Shown: piece by piece, positions 1-9,732 of the stretch
How the letters are laid out: each line of letters opens with the position of its first letter
Position numbering within the stretch: position 1 is the first letter of the stretch
DNA from: a virus
Lineage: Duplodnaviria; Caudoviricetes
Reading direction: 5' to 3' (one strand)
Length of the DNA stretch: 64,000 nt
IMG/VR virus record: IMGVR_UViG_3300037183_000141
Span: 1 to 64,000 of that record
Notes under the pieces: model-generated
The model's database searches: none
Told to the model about the DNA's origin: nothing
The model's input: only the letters and a program-made list of their open reading frames with translations
Translations under genes and position numbers: made by a program

Positions 1-1289
1 GCCAGAGCGCGAGCCACGCTGGCCGCGCACTGGGTGAGCCTGGACGCTACCCTCCGGTTGGCGGTCGTCATACTCAGCTCGAGAAGGCGGCCATGCAGGG
101 AGGCCAGACGGCGCAGGTCTTCAGGAGCATCCTTGGCGAGCGGGAACGTGTCCATGACGTCCGGGACGAGGATCCCGTGGTCGTGCTTCATGCAGCGGAT
201 GATGTCCGACGCGAGATACTGGGGCAGGCCCTCGCCCTGGAGGAAGGAGAGGACGCTGCGGCGCACGATGCTCTTGCGCCCGTGTTCCTTGAGAAAGGAA
301 GCGGTCAGCTCCCTGACCTTCTTGATGTCCGTGGCTTGCCTGTTCATTTTGACTGTTCCTGACGTTGAAGCAAAACCAAAAGGCTGAAGATGCCAGACTT
401 CGGGGAGGATCGGGTTCTCGTCCATATAGTCCGCCTCCTCCGTGAAATTGTCGGTAGGAAAGCCGGAGGGGGTTGACATGTCCTCGACGGTGTACCCGGA
501 CCACGCGTTCCCAAGGGCGCCCAGAGAGTCCTCCTGCGACGAATCGTTCCGCTCGGGCTCCGGGAAACTCTCGACGTAGCCGTCCTGGTCGACGTAGTGG
601 CCACCCTTCTCCTTGTAGGCGACGCCCGGCTCGTCCGTCTCCTCGAGCTCGGGCGTGATGTCGCTCTGATCCGAGATGTCCTTCTTCTCGGTCGTAACGT
701 AGGAGCCGGAGTCCTCGGACGGCCAGATGTCGGCCATCGCGGCGCCGAGAATACGGTCGGCCTCCTCGACCCCACGAAGGAGATCGAGCTCGCAGTCCCG
801 CTTCGTCATGTCAGGAGGGACGAAACGGCGTATGTCGTCGAACGTGAGGAGGCGGCCAGGACCGGCCTTGGAGTGACCCATCGTCATCTTGTCGTAATAG
901 TCAGAGCGGGCAGCCGGATTGTCCGAGTCGCTCGGAAGGGAGGTGTCTGAAATCCGGACATCGGAGGGAGGGGCGGCCAGGTCGTCGATCGTCTTGTCCG
1001 CGGGACGGGGGCCAGGAGAGGGCCTGTCGCCGTCGCCCGGAAGAATGGACGAGAAGAACCAGTCGATGGACGCATGCTTCGGACCCATAGCCTGCTCCTG
1101 CGGGTAGCTGAGCATGAACTCCATGTCGAAGCCCTCGGACGGCTCACTCGGCAGGGAGCTGCCGGCAGGCTCGCGCGACTCATCGTCCTCTCCGTGAAGA
1201 TCGTCATCCCGCTGTCCGTCGTAGGTGCCATACCCGAAGGTGTCGACGGCCTTCGACAGGGCATCGTCAGTCGGAAGAGAACTGGCCAC
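1..1289 (-). CDS. Acidic hypothetical protein, partial (runs off the left edge); possibly virion-associated
   Basis: Not in the ORF track because it has no stop in the window. Manual translation from GTG at 1289 (AGGAG upstream) gives MASSLPTDDALSKAVDTFGYG... open for 429 codons with strong GC3 bias; includes ...NRRVASRLTQCAASVARAL. Confidence 0.7.
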   Translation of the reverse strand, partial: MASSLPTDDALSKAVDTFGYGTYDGQRDDDLHGEDDESREPAGSSLPSEPSEGFDMEFMLSYPQEQAMGPKHASIDWFFSSILPGDGDRPSPGPRPADKTIDDLAAPPSDVRISDTSLPSDSDNPAARSDYYDKMTMGHSKAGPGRLLTFDDIRRFVPPDMTKRDCELDLLRGVEEADRILGAAMADIWPSEDSGSYVTTEKKDISDQSDITPELEETDEPGVAYKEKGGHYVDQDGYVESFPEPERNDSSQEDSLGALGNAWSGYTVEDMSTPSGFPTDNFTEEADYMDENPILPEVWHLQPFGFASTSGTVKMNRQATDIKKVRELTASFLKEHGRKSIVRRSVLSFLQGEGLPQYLASDIIRCMKHDHGILVPDVMDTFPLAKDAPEDLRRLASLHGRLLELSMTTANRRVASRLTQCAASVARAL

Positions 1290-2592
1290 GCATGCTCCTG
1301 GCGGCGTCCCACAGGGGATCGTTCGGGGGCTTCCTCGGCCGCGGCGCCATGCCGGCCGGGGGCTCCGGGGCGTCGTTCGCGGCCATCCACGCGACGTCCT
1401 CGGCGCTGGCGCCGAGGTCGTAGTACGGCATCAGCTTCTCGTTGCGGGAGCCGGGGAGCCAGGAGTAGGTGTTGGCGGCCAAACGCTCGGCCATCGGGGA
1501 GATCGAGGAGGCCTTGAAGGTCGTCGAGTCTCCGTCAGTGGGGTCGCCATAGCCGGTGACCCCGTCCATGTTGGCGTCCTGGCCCTCGTAGATCGGGTCA
1601 TTGCCCTGAAAGCCGTCGAAGCCGGGGGCGTCCACGGCGCCGAAGTCGTCGTCCGTGTATCCGCCGAGCTCCTCCGGGGACTCCGCGGGACCGACGTGCA
1701 GGATGCGCGGGCCGCCCGGGAGGGAGGACGGGTCGACGGAGGAGTCCGCAATGGTCACAGAGTCGCCCGAGCGGCGGAAAGCAGCGAGCCTCGGCGCCCT
1801 CTCGATGAGGCGGTCGATGGCGGCGAAATACGGGCCGCGCGCAGGGCCGCCCGTGGTGTTCATGATGTCCTCGACCAGGGAGGAGCCCTCCTCCTGGTCG
1901 CCGTCGTCGGTCGGGATGGCGGACTTAGGGCCCGGCTCGGGGACCTCCTCGCCGCCGGCGGCGGAGGCCACCTGGGTTCCCTGGTCGCCGCCGGGGGCGG
2001 GAGTGGCCCACCATTCGTCCTCGTCCTCGTCCTCTTCGCCCTCGACGAAGGGGTTGAAGTCGTCCGGCTCGGGGTTCTTGTAGGCGTCGAGGCCCTCCTC
2101 CGCGGAGGGGACCTCCTGCTGGAAGGTCTTCTGGACGTACTGCTCCGGGTTCTGGGTGTCGGCCTCGGAGACGATGTCCTTGGTGGAGGGATCCTCCTCC
2201 ATGGCGGCGCGCCAGTGGTCGGCGTTCACCTCGTCGTGCATCGTGTCGGCGAATGTCGAGAGGACCTCGACGGCCTGGCTCAGGCTAGAGCGCAGGTCCT
2301 TCACCTTCTGGATGTAGCCCCGGCCGCCGAGGAGGCCGTCCGGGCTGAACTCGGACGAGTTCATCTTCGAGAAGAGACGGAGGGCCGCCATGCCGTAGCT
2401 GTGCGAGCGGTCGATGGCCCAGAGGGTCTTGGCGAGGTTCCTGTGGATCTCGGGATCCCACTTGAAGCCCTGGACGCGCACGTCGCGGCGGAGGGGCCCC
2501 TCATGCTTTATGAACTCGATTTTTCCAGCGGTACGTATATTCCCGACTCCGGCCAGGCGGGAGGCCATACCATGCAGGTCGCGAAAGGTCAT
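1267..2592 (-). CDS. Acidic, low-complexity hypothetical protein (441 aa), putative virion/internal protein
   Basis: Long ORF with GC3 bias, ATGA-coupled to the upstream HNH gene; D/E/P/G-rich C-terminal two thirds. Confidence 0.7.
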   Translation of the reverse strand: MTFRDLHGMASRLAGVGNIRTAGKIEFIKHEGPLRRDVRVQGFKWDPEIHRNLAKTLWAIDRSHSYGMAALRLFSKMNSSEFSPDGLLGGRGYIQKVKDLRSSLSQAVEVLSTFADTMHDEVNADHWRAAMEEDPSTKDIVSEADTQNPEQYVQKTFQQEVPSAEEGLDAYKNPEPDDFNPFVEGEEDEDEDEWWATPAPGGDQGTQVASAAGGEEVPEPGPKSAIPTDDGDQEEGSSLVEDIMNTTGGPARGPYFAAIDRLIERAPRLAAFRRSGDSVTIADSSVDPSSLPGGPRILHVGPAESPEELGGYTDDDFGAVDAPGFDGFQGNDPIYEGQDANMDGVTGYGDPTDGDSTTFKASSISPMAERLAANTYSWLPGSRNEKLMPYYDLGASAEDVAWMAANDAPEPPAGMAPRPRKPPNDPLWDAARSMRGQFSSD

Positions 2593-3560
2593 GCGACCTT
2601 AGAGGCTATCAAAGAATGAAGACAAACACCGCCGTGGCGCCATTTACTGTAGTTGCAGTTCGCGCAAAGGACCTGGAAGTCCGACTTATCTAGAGACCCG
2701 TTCAGAATCTTCCTATATTGTTCGATACCGGTCGTCTCCCCGGATTTCCTTCGAACGCCCCCGTCATCATGTACATGGTCAACATTCAGAGAATGTGGGT
2801 CTGAAGCTCCGCAACACCTACATGAACCGCCCAAAAGAGCATAACATTCAATGGCTACAGAAAAGCGCTTCTGGCGCTCACAAGAGAGGCAAGAGCTGCG
2901 CAGGACCAATCCGTTCGGACTAAAGAGAGATGTGTCGAGATCCGAACTGCAAGAGGGACAGAATTTACTGAGACCGGTCGGGACACGCTCTTTCAGAAGT
3001 TGGACCGGATTTTTCCTCTGTCTGGACTCATTGCAGTTCCTGCATAGGATACGGTATCTCGAAAGGTCGTTCAGACCCTTGATGATATCACGTTTCCAGG
3101 CATGCGAGTGCTTTCTTCTCTCGTTCCTTCGGTCATTATTGACATGGTCGACGACCAGGAACTCCCTCTCAGGTTCACCACACAACGCGCAGGAGTCCCC
3201 GAGAAGATCATGAATCTGATCATGCATGCTGCGGACGCTGCAAGAATACTTGAAAGCAAGATCATCATGGTTGGAAAGTCTATATTTACGAAGCTCGCCA
3301 GGCCGACACTCCTTACATTGGGTGGCTCGCTTATGGAACTCGCCTTTCTTCTTCGGGAGAAGACAGACCGTGCATGTCCTATCCTTCTCGACCCTGTTTG
3401 AGAGACGAGTAAGGATGACACTCCGATTCTCCGAGTGGTAGGTCCGGTTGTAGGCCTTCTCACACTCTTTACAGGTCGATATGGAGACCGTCTTCCCGCG
3501 TTTCTTCCGGGTCCTGAACTCGCCGGCAAGACCACACTTTTTACATGTTTTCGGAACCAC
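2589..3560 (-). CDS. HNH homing endonuclease with CxxC zinc fingers and two HNH modules
   Basis: Two CxxCG...VDHV...LCxNCN modules (VVDHVNND...ILCRNCN; NVDHVHDD...VLCANCN); AT-richer than flanks; TACCGT box 5 nt before the GTG. Confidence 0.8.
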   Translation of the reverse strand: MVPKTCKKCGLAGEFRTRKKRGKTVSISTCKECEKAYNRTYHSENRSVILTRLSNRVEKDRTCTVCLLPKKKGEFHKRATQCKECRPGELRKYRLSNHDDLAFKYSCSVRSMHDQIHDLLGDSCALCGEPEREFLVVDHVNNDRRNERRKHSHAWKRDIIKGLNDLSRYRILCRNCNESRQRKNPVQLLKERVPTGLSKFCPSCSSDLDTSLFSPNGLVLRSSCLSCERQKRFSVAIECYALLGGSCRCCGASDPHSLNVDHVHDDGGVRRKSGETTGIEQYRKILNGSLDKSDFQVLCANCNYSKWRHGGVCLHSLIASKVA

Positions 3561-3572
3561 CGAAAACGGTAC

Positions 3573-4265
3573 TCAAGCCCTGAAGGCGTTCATCATGTCC
3601 AGGGACTCGGACATCCCGTAGAGCACCACGCCGTCGATGTCGGTCAGGTCCGGGGCCTCGGTGAGGGTGGCCGCTATGGCCTCCATGGTCAGGACGCGCT
3701 GGACGAGCTTTGAGCCGTACTTCCACATCCCGTTGGAGAACGAGAGGGAGGAGGTGCCCTCCTTGCATCCAGGGAAGGAGAGGGCGGACATGCCCATTGT
3801 CCCGTAGTTGGCGGTCTTGGCCGAGGTCCCGTCGAAGGCGAGGATGGAAAGGCTGTGGGCGTCCGAGCCGTTGTCTTTGTTCCAGATGAGCATCTCGTCG
3901 CCCGGCGCCGGGACCCAGGAGGCGCCGGGAGGGCAGGCGAAGCCGGACTTGTTCACCATGCACGGGGAGCCGGCGGCGACGTCGTGGAGGGACGAGATGT
4001 TCTGGCCGGTGTGCCAGTCGTGGGGGAGGGGGGTGCGCTCCTCGCGGTTCACGAACTTGCGGCGGCAGCCGAGGCGCCAGAGCTTGGCGTGCGCGCGGTC
4101 GGCGCAGGAGGAGTAGCTCGTGTACGTGGCAGGGATGTCGCGGCCCTCCACCACGTACTGGTAGACGGGATCCTTCTTGTCACGACCCTTGTCGGCGTTG
4201 CAGAAGTACTCGTCAAGGGCCAGAGAGGCCGCCCGACAATACACGACAAAAGCGGAAAAGTCCAT
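3573..4265 (-). CDS. Putative papain-fold (NlpC/P60/CHAP-like) amidase
   Basis: Candidate catalytic Cys in YSSCADRAH and His in PGDEMLIW...DAHSLSI with NlpC/P60-like spacing; by eye only. Confidence 0.4.
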   Translation of the reverse strand: MDFSAFVVYCRAASLALDEYFCNADKGRDKKDPVYQYVVEGRDIPATYTSYSSCADRAHAKLWRLGCRRKFVNREERTPLPHDWHTGQNISSLHDVAAGSPCMVNKSGFACPPGASWVPAPGDEMLIWNKDNGSDAHSLSILAFDGTSAKTANYGTMGMSALSFPGCKEGTSSLSFSNGMWKYGSKLVQRVLTMEAIAATLTEAPDLTDIDGVVLYGMSESLDMMNAFRA

Positions 4266-4267
4266 GA

Positions 4268-4624
4268 CTAGCTCCGGAATCCGGCGACGCGAAGTGCCAT
4301 GGAGGACAGGCGAGAAGAGCCATCGTCATCGTCATCGTCATGGAACTCGTCGTCGTGTTCGCTGAACCACTCGACCCCAAACTTTTCGGAGACGGCTTCC
4401 TGAATCGTCGGGAGGCTATCCCCGTTCATAGAGTCGACCCAAGAAGTATAAGTCGCGATCCCGAGATCGGGATGACGGTGGGCCCAGAGGAATCCATGAC
4501 CGTCGGTCAAGGCGAATTGATCGTTCGTAGTGCCATCGACCTCGGCGACATACACGTCGCCGAGATCAGACCGGCGGAGGTCGTCGAACTGCACCGGAGG
4601 CTTCGTAATCCAGCCGGTAGACAT
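4268..4624 (-). CDS. Hypothetical protein (118 aa)
   Basis: ORF tightly packed between neighbours in the same orientation. Confidence 0.6.
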   Translation of the reverse strand: MSTGWITKPPVQFDDLRRSDLGDVYVAEVDGTTNDQFALTDGHGFLWAHRHPDLGIATYTSWVDSMNGDSLPTIQEAVSEKFGVEWFSEHDDEFHDDDDDDGSSRLSSMALRVAGFRS

Positions 4625-4627
4625 GGA

Positions 4628-4900
4628 TCAACCCTCTCGGATCGGGCCTTCGTCGTCCGAGACGAGACGCTCGATGAAGTAGCCCTCCCCATCCTGCCCG
4701 AGCTTCCAGAAGTCCTGCTGGGAGACGCGGACGAGCGTGTCCTCGGCGACCATGCTGAAGCCCGCGAGCTGATGGAGGCTCGCCACGCGGTGCCTCGTGC
4801 CGACGGACGCCGAGCGCACGGCGGGCTGCTTCGCGGGGGCGAAGAAGTCGTCGAGGGACGAGGAGGAGAACCTGAGATCGGACACGTCTAGCTTGCTCAT
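4628..4900 (-). CDS. Small hypothetical protein (MSKLDVSDL...)
   Basis: ATG at 4900 in frame with ORF 4628..4927; GC3 bias. Confidence 0.6.
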   Translation of the reverse strand: MSKLDVSDLRFSSSSLDDFFAPAKQPAVRSASVGTRHRVASLHQLAGFSMVAEDTLVRVSQQDFWKLGQDGEGYFIERLVSDDEGPIREG

Positions 4901-4942
4901 CTGACCTGCGAGGAGGCCGGACAACAAGCCTAACCGCTCCCG

Positions 4943-5845
4943 TCAGGGGAGGATGTTTAGCACGACCTGGACGTCGACATACCCGTTCGAGGCGTTCGGG
5001 GAGGAAAAGCGAAGCTTGTCCGCATAGGTCCCGGGGGTCGACGGGATGCAGGACGGGTTGAGCGAGAGGGAGACCGCCTGGGAGGCGGAGGAGGCGAGCG
5101 GGCCGCCGGACGTCGGGGTGAAGGAGAGCCAGCGGGAGGCGTTGAGGAGGGCCGCCACCCAGTCCATGGAAGAGCTCGGGGGGCCGGAGTTCGAGACGTT
5201 GACCGTGAACGGACCGTCGCCGGACGAGGTGGACTGATACCAGGTGAAGGAGAGGTCCATCTGGTCGAGGGATATGACAGGACGCGGGAGGACGGAGACC
5301 GAGAACGTGAGGGGGATGAGGGTCGAGGGGACCCGGTTGTCCTGAAGGTTTACGGCGGCCAGGTACGGGGAGGCGTTCGCCGCGAGCGAGCCCGTGAAAA
5401 GCGTGACCGTGAACTCCCCCTGATCGTTCTTTCCAAGCCCGGCGACCTGCCCCGGGTCGGCGCGCAGCCAGGCGGCGCTCGGGGTCGCGGTCGCCGTCAG
5501 GGAGGAACCGAAAGCGCCGGCGTTGAAGAAAGGGACGTCGGCAACGACGAGGTTCGGGTCACCCTCGGTTATGACGACCACGAAGGAAACCTGGGACGGG
5601 TTGAGGAGGGCGAGCAGAGGAGAAAGCTGTTGCTGCACCTCGACTATGCCCTGGGCCATAGCCTGGATCACGTCCGCCGGGACCGGGATGGCGGTCTGGT
5701 AGAGAGGCCCCCATGGGGTGTCTATGCACGAGACCTCGTAGGAAACTCCGGCCCCGGACACATTCTGGGACACGACCTTCCACCGCCAAAGCCCGCCGGT
5801 GGACTCCAGGGAGAATTCGAACGCGCTTCCGGAGACGGTCGTCAT
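4943..5845 (-). CDS. Ig-like/BACON-type beta-sandwich repeat protein, likely structural
   Basis: Two repeats of the pattern N.G...L.W......WL...P.SG.L......V.V; S/T/P/V-rich. Confidence 0.55.
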   Translation of the reverse strand: MTTVSGSAFEFSLESTGGLWRWKVVSQNVSGAGVSYEVSCIDTPWGPLYQTAIPVPADVIQAMAQGIVEVQQQLSPLLALLNPSQVSFVVVITEGDPNLVVADVPFFNAGAFGSSLTATATPSAAWLRADPGQVAGLGKNDQGEFTVTLFTGSLAANASPYLAAVNLQDNRVPSTLIPLTFSVSVLPRPVISLDQMDLSFTWYQSTSSGDGPFTVNVSNSGPPSSSMDWVAALLNASRWLSFTPTSGGPLASSASQAVSLSLNPSCIPSTPGTYADKLRFSSPNASNGYVDVQVVLNILP

Positions 5846-5891
5846 CGAAGTGGGCGCCCGAAAAGAAGCCGATTAGGCGTAAGGTCACCCG

Positions 5892-6224
5892 ATGGACATG
5901 CTCTGGGAATGCCCGCTGTGCAAGGCGAGGAACGCAGTGGGCAGTAAGCGGTGCGCGCTCTGCCGGAACCCCTACACGGGGTCCGAGAAGGTGTCACCGA
6001 AGATACAAGAGCTCGTCCTGCCCGAGTGGGAAGAGGATAGCAAAGTCTTCGACGACCTGAACGCGCGCATCGAGAAGGCCAGCGCGACCATCAGCAAGGA
6101 GTCCCTCCCGCCGAAGGGGGCCATCCGCCTGGTAGTGCCGAACAACCCGCTCGGGTGGCTGATGGTGACAATAGTAGTCCTGGCGCTGGCCATGACCCTC
6201 GCCGTCCTGAAAACTATCCTCTAG
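5892..6224 (+). CDS. Zinc-ribbon protein with C-terminal transmembrane helix
   Basis: WECPLCKARN...RCALCRNP (RanBP2-like); hydrophobic WLMVTIVVLALAMTLAVL; TAAGGT 6 nt before ATG. Confidence 0.65.
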   Translation: MDMLWECPLCKARNAVGSKRCALCRNPYTGSEKVSPKIQELVLPEWEEDSKVFDDLNARIEKASATISKESLPPKGAIRLVVPNNPLGWLMVTIVVLALAMTLAVLKTIL

Positions 6225-6347
6225 GTCACTTTTTCACAAAGAGACCGAGAACGGATTCGAGATCGAAGACCCCCGGGTCGAGGGAAGGATCGATGGAACC
6301 GAACTCGGGAGTGTCGCCATGCGACGGAAGTGAGGATAAAAAAGCCG

Positions 6348-7211
6348 TCAGTCTAGCTTCCAGACCAGTATGGACTGGCCGGGCTTCTTCCCGTATTTGA
6401 ACTCGTTAGAAAAACGCAGTCCAGAGCAGGAGAAAGCAGAATATATGATGCTCAAAGCCTGTATTCTCGATTGATCTTGAGCATGTACGGCGACATACCC
6501 GCCCGGCTTCAAGAGACGAACTGAACTTTTGACAAGAGGGATCACAACACCATCAAGCCAGCCACGAACACTCAAATTCGACTTAACTCCGTAGTCTTCC
6601 GTATCAAAGAACGGGGGAGAGGCAAGGATTAGATCAAACTTGTCGGAGAAACCGTCCGCAAAAACACGAAAATCGGCATTCAAAAAAGAACAGATAGTTC
6701 CCGACAAACTCGAAAAATCACGAGACATGATCTTCCCGGATTCAGTCGACAATGACTGAATGTCAGTACTGAAGACACGGGACACACCGGAGCAAATGGC
6801 ACCAAGTGATCTGCCACCCCAGCCAGTAAAAGCGTCAAAAACAGACCCGCCGTTCGCGAAAGCCCCGCAGAGGGCCGAAGAGGTGTCCGGAAGAAAATGA
6901 GAGGGGAGACGAACATTGAACTTAAGGTTCCTAATAACGAGGTCCGGAGTTGGCTCCCGCCCACTTCCACATATGTAGTCTATGACGGTCTGGACGGACT
7001 TATCGTCGTGGAAGGCGTCGTGGAAGGAAAGGGAGCCGCCACTTCTAGCCTTAAACCGGTGCCGGAAAATATTGTCTAGATAGTTTATTCCGACGTTCGA
7101 TTGCGGGACCTTCCCGCTCACACGACTACGACTTAGTCGCCAGTAAATATCAGAAGGAAGCTCGGGGACAGGCAGATACCCGAAGTCCCTGACCACAGAC
7201 ATTGTGCTCAT
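6348..7211 (-). CDS. Amino-type (N6A/N4C) DNA methyltransferase
   Basis: SAM-binding motif VFDAFTGWGG and catalytic motif IV LASPPFF(DTEDY); low-GC island. Confidence 0.8.
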   Translation of the reverse strand: MSTMSVVRDFGYLPVPELPSDIYWRLSRSRVSGKVPQSNVGINYLDNIFRHRFKARSGGSLSFHDAFHDDKSVQTVIDYICGSGREPTPDLVIRNLKFNVRLPSHFLPDTSSALCGAFANGGSVFDAFTGWGGRSLGAICSGVSRVFSTDIQSLSTESGKIMSRDFSSLSGTICSFLNADFRVFADGFSDKFDLILASPPFFDTEDYGVKSNLSVRGWLDGVVIPLVKSSVRLLKPGGYVAVHAQDQSRIQALSIIYSAFSCSGLRFSNEFKYGKKPGQSILVWKLD

Positions 7212-8692
7212 GACGCAGAATTCTCCCCGTCAAGAGGAAAGTTATAACGGCCAGACGAACCATGGAGAACTCTAGCCCGGGCATCATACACTCTGGCGGC
7301 CTCAGCGGGGTCCCTGAATCTACCGAGATACTCATAGTGACCGTTCGCATAAATCTTAGCAAGAAACCAGCCTTCACCAAGATCCGAAACACCCTTATAT
7401 CCGGAAGCACCTTTGAACACCTCGTTCATATGGTTCCCCGAGTTGTTGGTTATACGAAAATTCTCGCGACGGTTATTGAGACCGTTCCTGTCAGCATGAT
7501 CAACGTCGCGGCCGTCGTTCTTCGTCAGCCCCGAAAGAAGACGGTGCATTAAGACCACTCTGCCGAAGTACATCCTCTCGCTAGAGGATGCAGCACGACA
7601 GGCATACCAGTTTCCGCTGTTGCCCTCCTTCGCATACCATTTTTGATCTCTCTCGGGACCAAGAACTAACAAGGAATCAGCATCATCTATGAGACAGAAT
7701 TTACCGAGAGAGAGCCTGATCCAAGTTGCACCGGGAACAGGGGCGGGGAAAGGGGAGGATTCTGAAAGAACGATAAAACTACGACGACAGGCGAGACCAC
7801 AGAACTTTCGAAGACCAGATATGAAGACTCCGCACGACAAGCATGGACGGGAAGAAATTGACGAGCTAATGAGACATCGCTTGCCGCAATACTCAAGACC
7901 GATCGGGCCGAGAAAAGAAAGTCCGCACTGAACACAAGTCCTTTCAGTTTCAGGACCAAGAGCGGAAATTTCACCAGAGAGCGGAAAATTATATCTTCCG
8001 AACTCACGATGGAGCTCCCTAGCCTGAACATCATAGGCCATGGCGGCATCAACATCATCACGGAAATAACCTATATGCTTATATTTATCTCCGGCCGCAA
8101 TATGGGACGCCCAAGACCGGACCTGACGGTTCCAGGATACACCCTTATACCTTGAAGTAGAACCGGTGGCACCCCGATCACGCTGGTTCTCTCTCCCGGT
8201 CCCGGATCTAATGTTCTTCCTCGTGTTGTCGAGGGTTCCCCCTGTCCCATGAAGGCCCTCTGCCGACCCACCGGTCAACCCGAGCAAAAACGCGTGCATA
8301 TATTGATTATTATCTGTCCTCTTCGCATAGTAAATAGGAGAAGAGCCGGACGAAGCCGCGTTAGCAACGCACCAGTTGAAAGACGAAACAACTTCATAGT
8401 CAGCTTCGTCCACGAAAGCCCATTGTCCTTGAGACAATGGGATCGCCTTGACACCATCCGGACAAGAAGGGGGGACAAGATCCTTCTTTCGTTCTCTACG
8501 GTGGAGGTTGAAGCAAGATATATGACAGTATTTAGTACCACCCTTCGTCTTGGCGGACATGTTCGGACAGCCAGGGCGGGCACACGGAACATCAGGTTTC
8601 GTCCGCAAAGTATTAGCACACTCGACGGAACAAGATTTCCTCCACTTCGAGATCGGCTTACCGCAAACGGGGCAACTTCGTGCATCTTCCAT
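7208..8692 (-). CDS. Homing endonuclease with tandem HNH-AP2 units and CxxC/TRASH-like fingers
   Basis: Two units of A.VD..DY...W...MHR...DH.DRNGLNN.R.N followed by AP2-like S.YKGV...W.A.I...YLG.F.....AA..YD; start placed at ATG 8692 (TATTTT 6 nt upstream). Confidence 0.85.
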   Translation of the reverse strand: MEDARSCPVCGKPISKWRKSCSVECANTLRTKPDVPCARPGCPNMSAKTKGGTKYCHISCFNLHRRERKKDLVPPSCPDGVKAIPLSQGQWAFVDEADYEVVSSFNWCVANAASSGSSPIYYAKRTDNNQYMHAFLLGLTGGSAEGLHGTGGTLDNTRKNIRSGTGRENQRDRGATGSTSRYKGVSWNRQVRSWASHIAAGDKYKHIGYFRDDVDAAMAYDVQARELHREFGRYNFPLSGEISALGPETERTCVQCGLSFLGPIGLEYCGKRCLISSSISSRPCLSCGVFISGLRKFCGLACRRSFIVLSESSPFPAPVPGATWIRLSLGKFCLIDDADSLLVLGPERDQKWYAKEGNSGNWYACRAASSSERMYFGRVVLMHRLLSGLTKNDGRDVDHADRNGLNNRRENFRITNNSGNHMNEVFKGASGYKGVSDLGEGWFLAKIYANGHYEYLGRFRDPAEAARVYDARARVLHGSSGRYNFPLDGENSAS

Positions 8693-8766
8693 GAAAGAAA
8701 AATAGCACAATGACTGAATTTTGTCAATTAGTCATGAAACATTAAAGTGCTTGTCTCATATTACCA

Positions 8767-9591
8767 TCATCCGACAGAAAGAATTTGAGCTTCACCTCTG
8801 TCTCGAAATTGGGGGAGCGATACCTCGTGTAAAATGTTGAAATGTTTATCTGAAATGGCAAAAAACACGGTCCAGTATTTCGCGTAGCGCGAGGCCTTGG
8901 TCGCTTCCTCGACCTCCCTCAGGAGCTCCTCGTCGCCGCCGGTCTTGGTGCCGCGCCGCTGCTCGAGGCGAACGTGGGCCTCCACATCCCGGGCCTCGTC
9001 GGCAATAAGCTCCTTGATCTTGTTCAGGGCGCGGAAGAAGCGGTGACGGACGCGGCCCTGCGTCAGACTGAGGCGCTTGGCGATCTCCGACTGACAGGTC
9101 GTCTCGTACATGAGCCACAGGATCTCGCGGTCCTGGTCCGAGAACTTCGGCCCAAGCTCGACCTCGAAGTCGTCCCGGTCGAGCTCCGGGATAGTGCGGA
9201 GGAACTGGATGCGGCGGATGCCGCGGTGCAGGCGGTACGAGACGGCAGCCTGCGTTATGTTGAAGTAGCGGGCGATCTGCTCCTGCTTCATCGAGTCGCG
9301 GAAGTACATCTCGATCAGGTCGGCCTCGCGGGCGGGAATCCTGTCGAGGTGGTGCTCGACGGCGCCGAAGTCCGGAAGTTGGCCGCCGGAGGCGAGAAGT
9401 TCCTCCTCGGGGGCGGGAGCCAGGCTTCTCTCGATAATGTTCTCGAGGTCGTCCATCTCGAAGGCTGACTCGCCGTCACACCCGAGACGCTGCCTATTGC
9501 TGAACCTAGAGGAGATATCCTGGGGATCGGAAATTAGTATGTGGGACACGCACACTCCAGCCGTCGCGGCCATCGCCGCGGTGGTTTTCAT
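8767..9591 (-). CDS. Protein with two tandem sigma-70 region-4-like HTH domains
   Basis: IPAREADLIEMYF...KQEQIARYFNITQAAVSYRLHRG and FSDQDREILWLMY...QSEIAKRLSLTQGRVRHRFFRAL; exact start uncertain. Confidence 0.65.
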   Translation of the reverse strand: MKTTAAMAATAGVCVSHILISDPQDISSRFSNRQRLGCDGESAFEMDDLENIIERSLAPAPEEELLASGGQLPDFGAVEHHLDRIPAREADLIEMYFRDSMKQEQIARYFNITQAAVSYRLHRGIRRIQFLRTIPELDRDDFEVELGPKFSDQDREILWLMYETTCQSEIAKRLSLTQGRVRHRFFRALNKIKELIADEARDVEAHVRLEQRRGTKTGGDEELLREVEEATKASRYAKYWTVFFAISDKHFNILHEVSLPQFRDRGEAQILSVG

Positions 9592-9611
9592 ATCCGTATC
9601 CGTATCCGTAT
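9591..9611. repeat. Short tandem repeat (TATCCG)x3.5
   Basis: tatccgtatccgtatccgtat read directly, abutting the ATG of the tandem-HTH gene. Confidence 0.9.
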
Positions 9612-9732
9612 GGGGTCCGAGCGACCGAGGTCCGGGTATCAGTCTTCATCTAGGGCTGGAGGGCCCGACGCTGAACACTACCGGAAAACAAGGACGAGGG
9701 CGCCGTGGGACGACGCGAAAGCCTCGGAGGAC

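Noticed and set aside
6225-6347. Tiny ORFs in the gap after the methyltransferase
   Set aside because: Under 35 codons, no motif or clear start signal; cannot be supported
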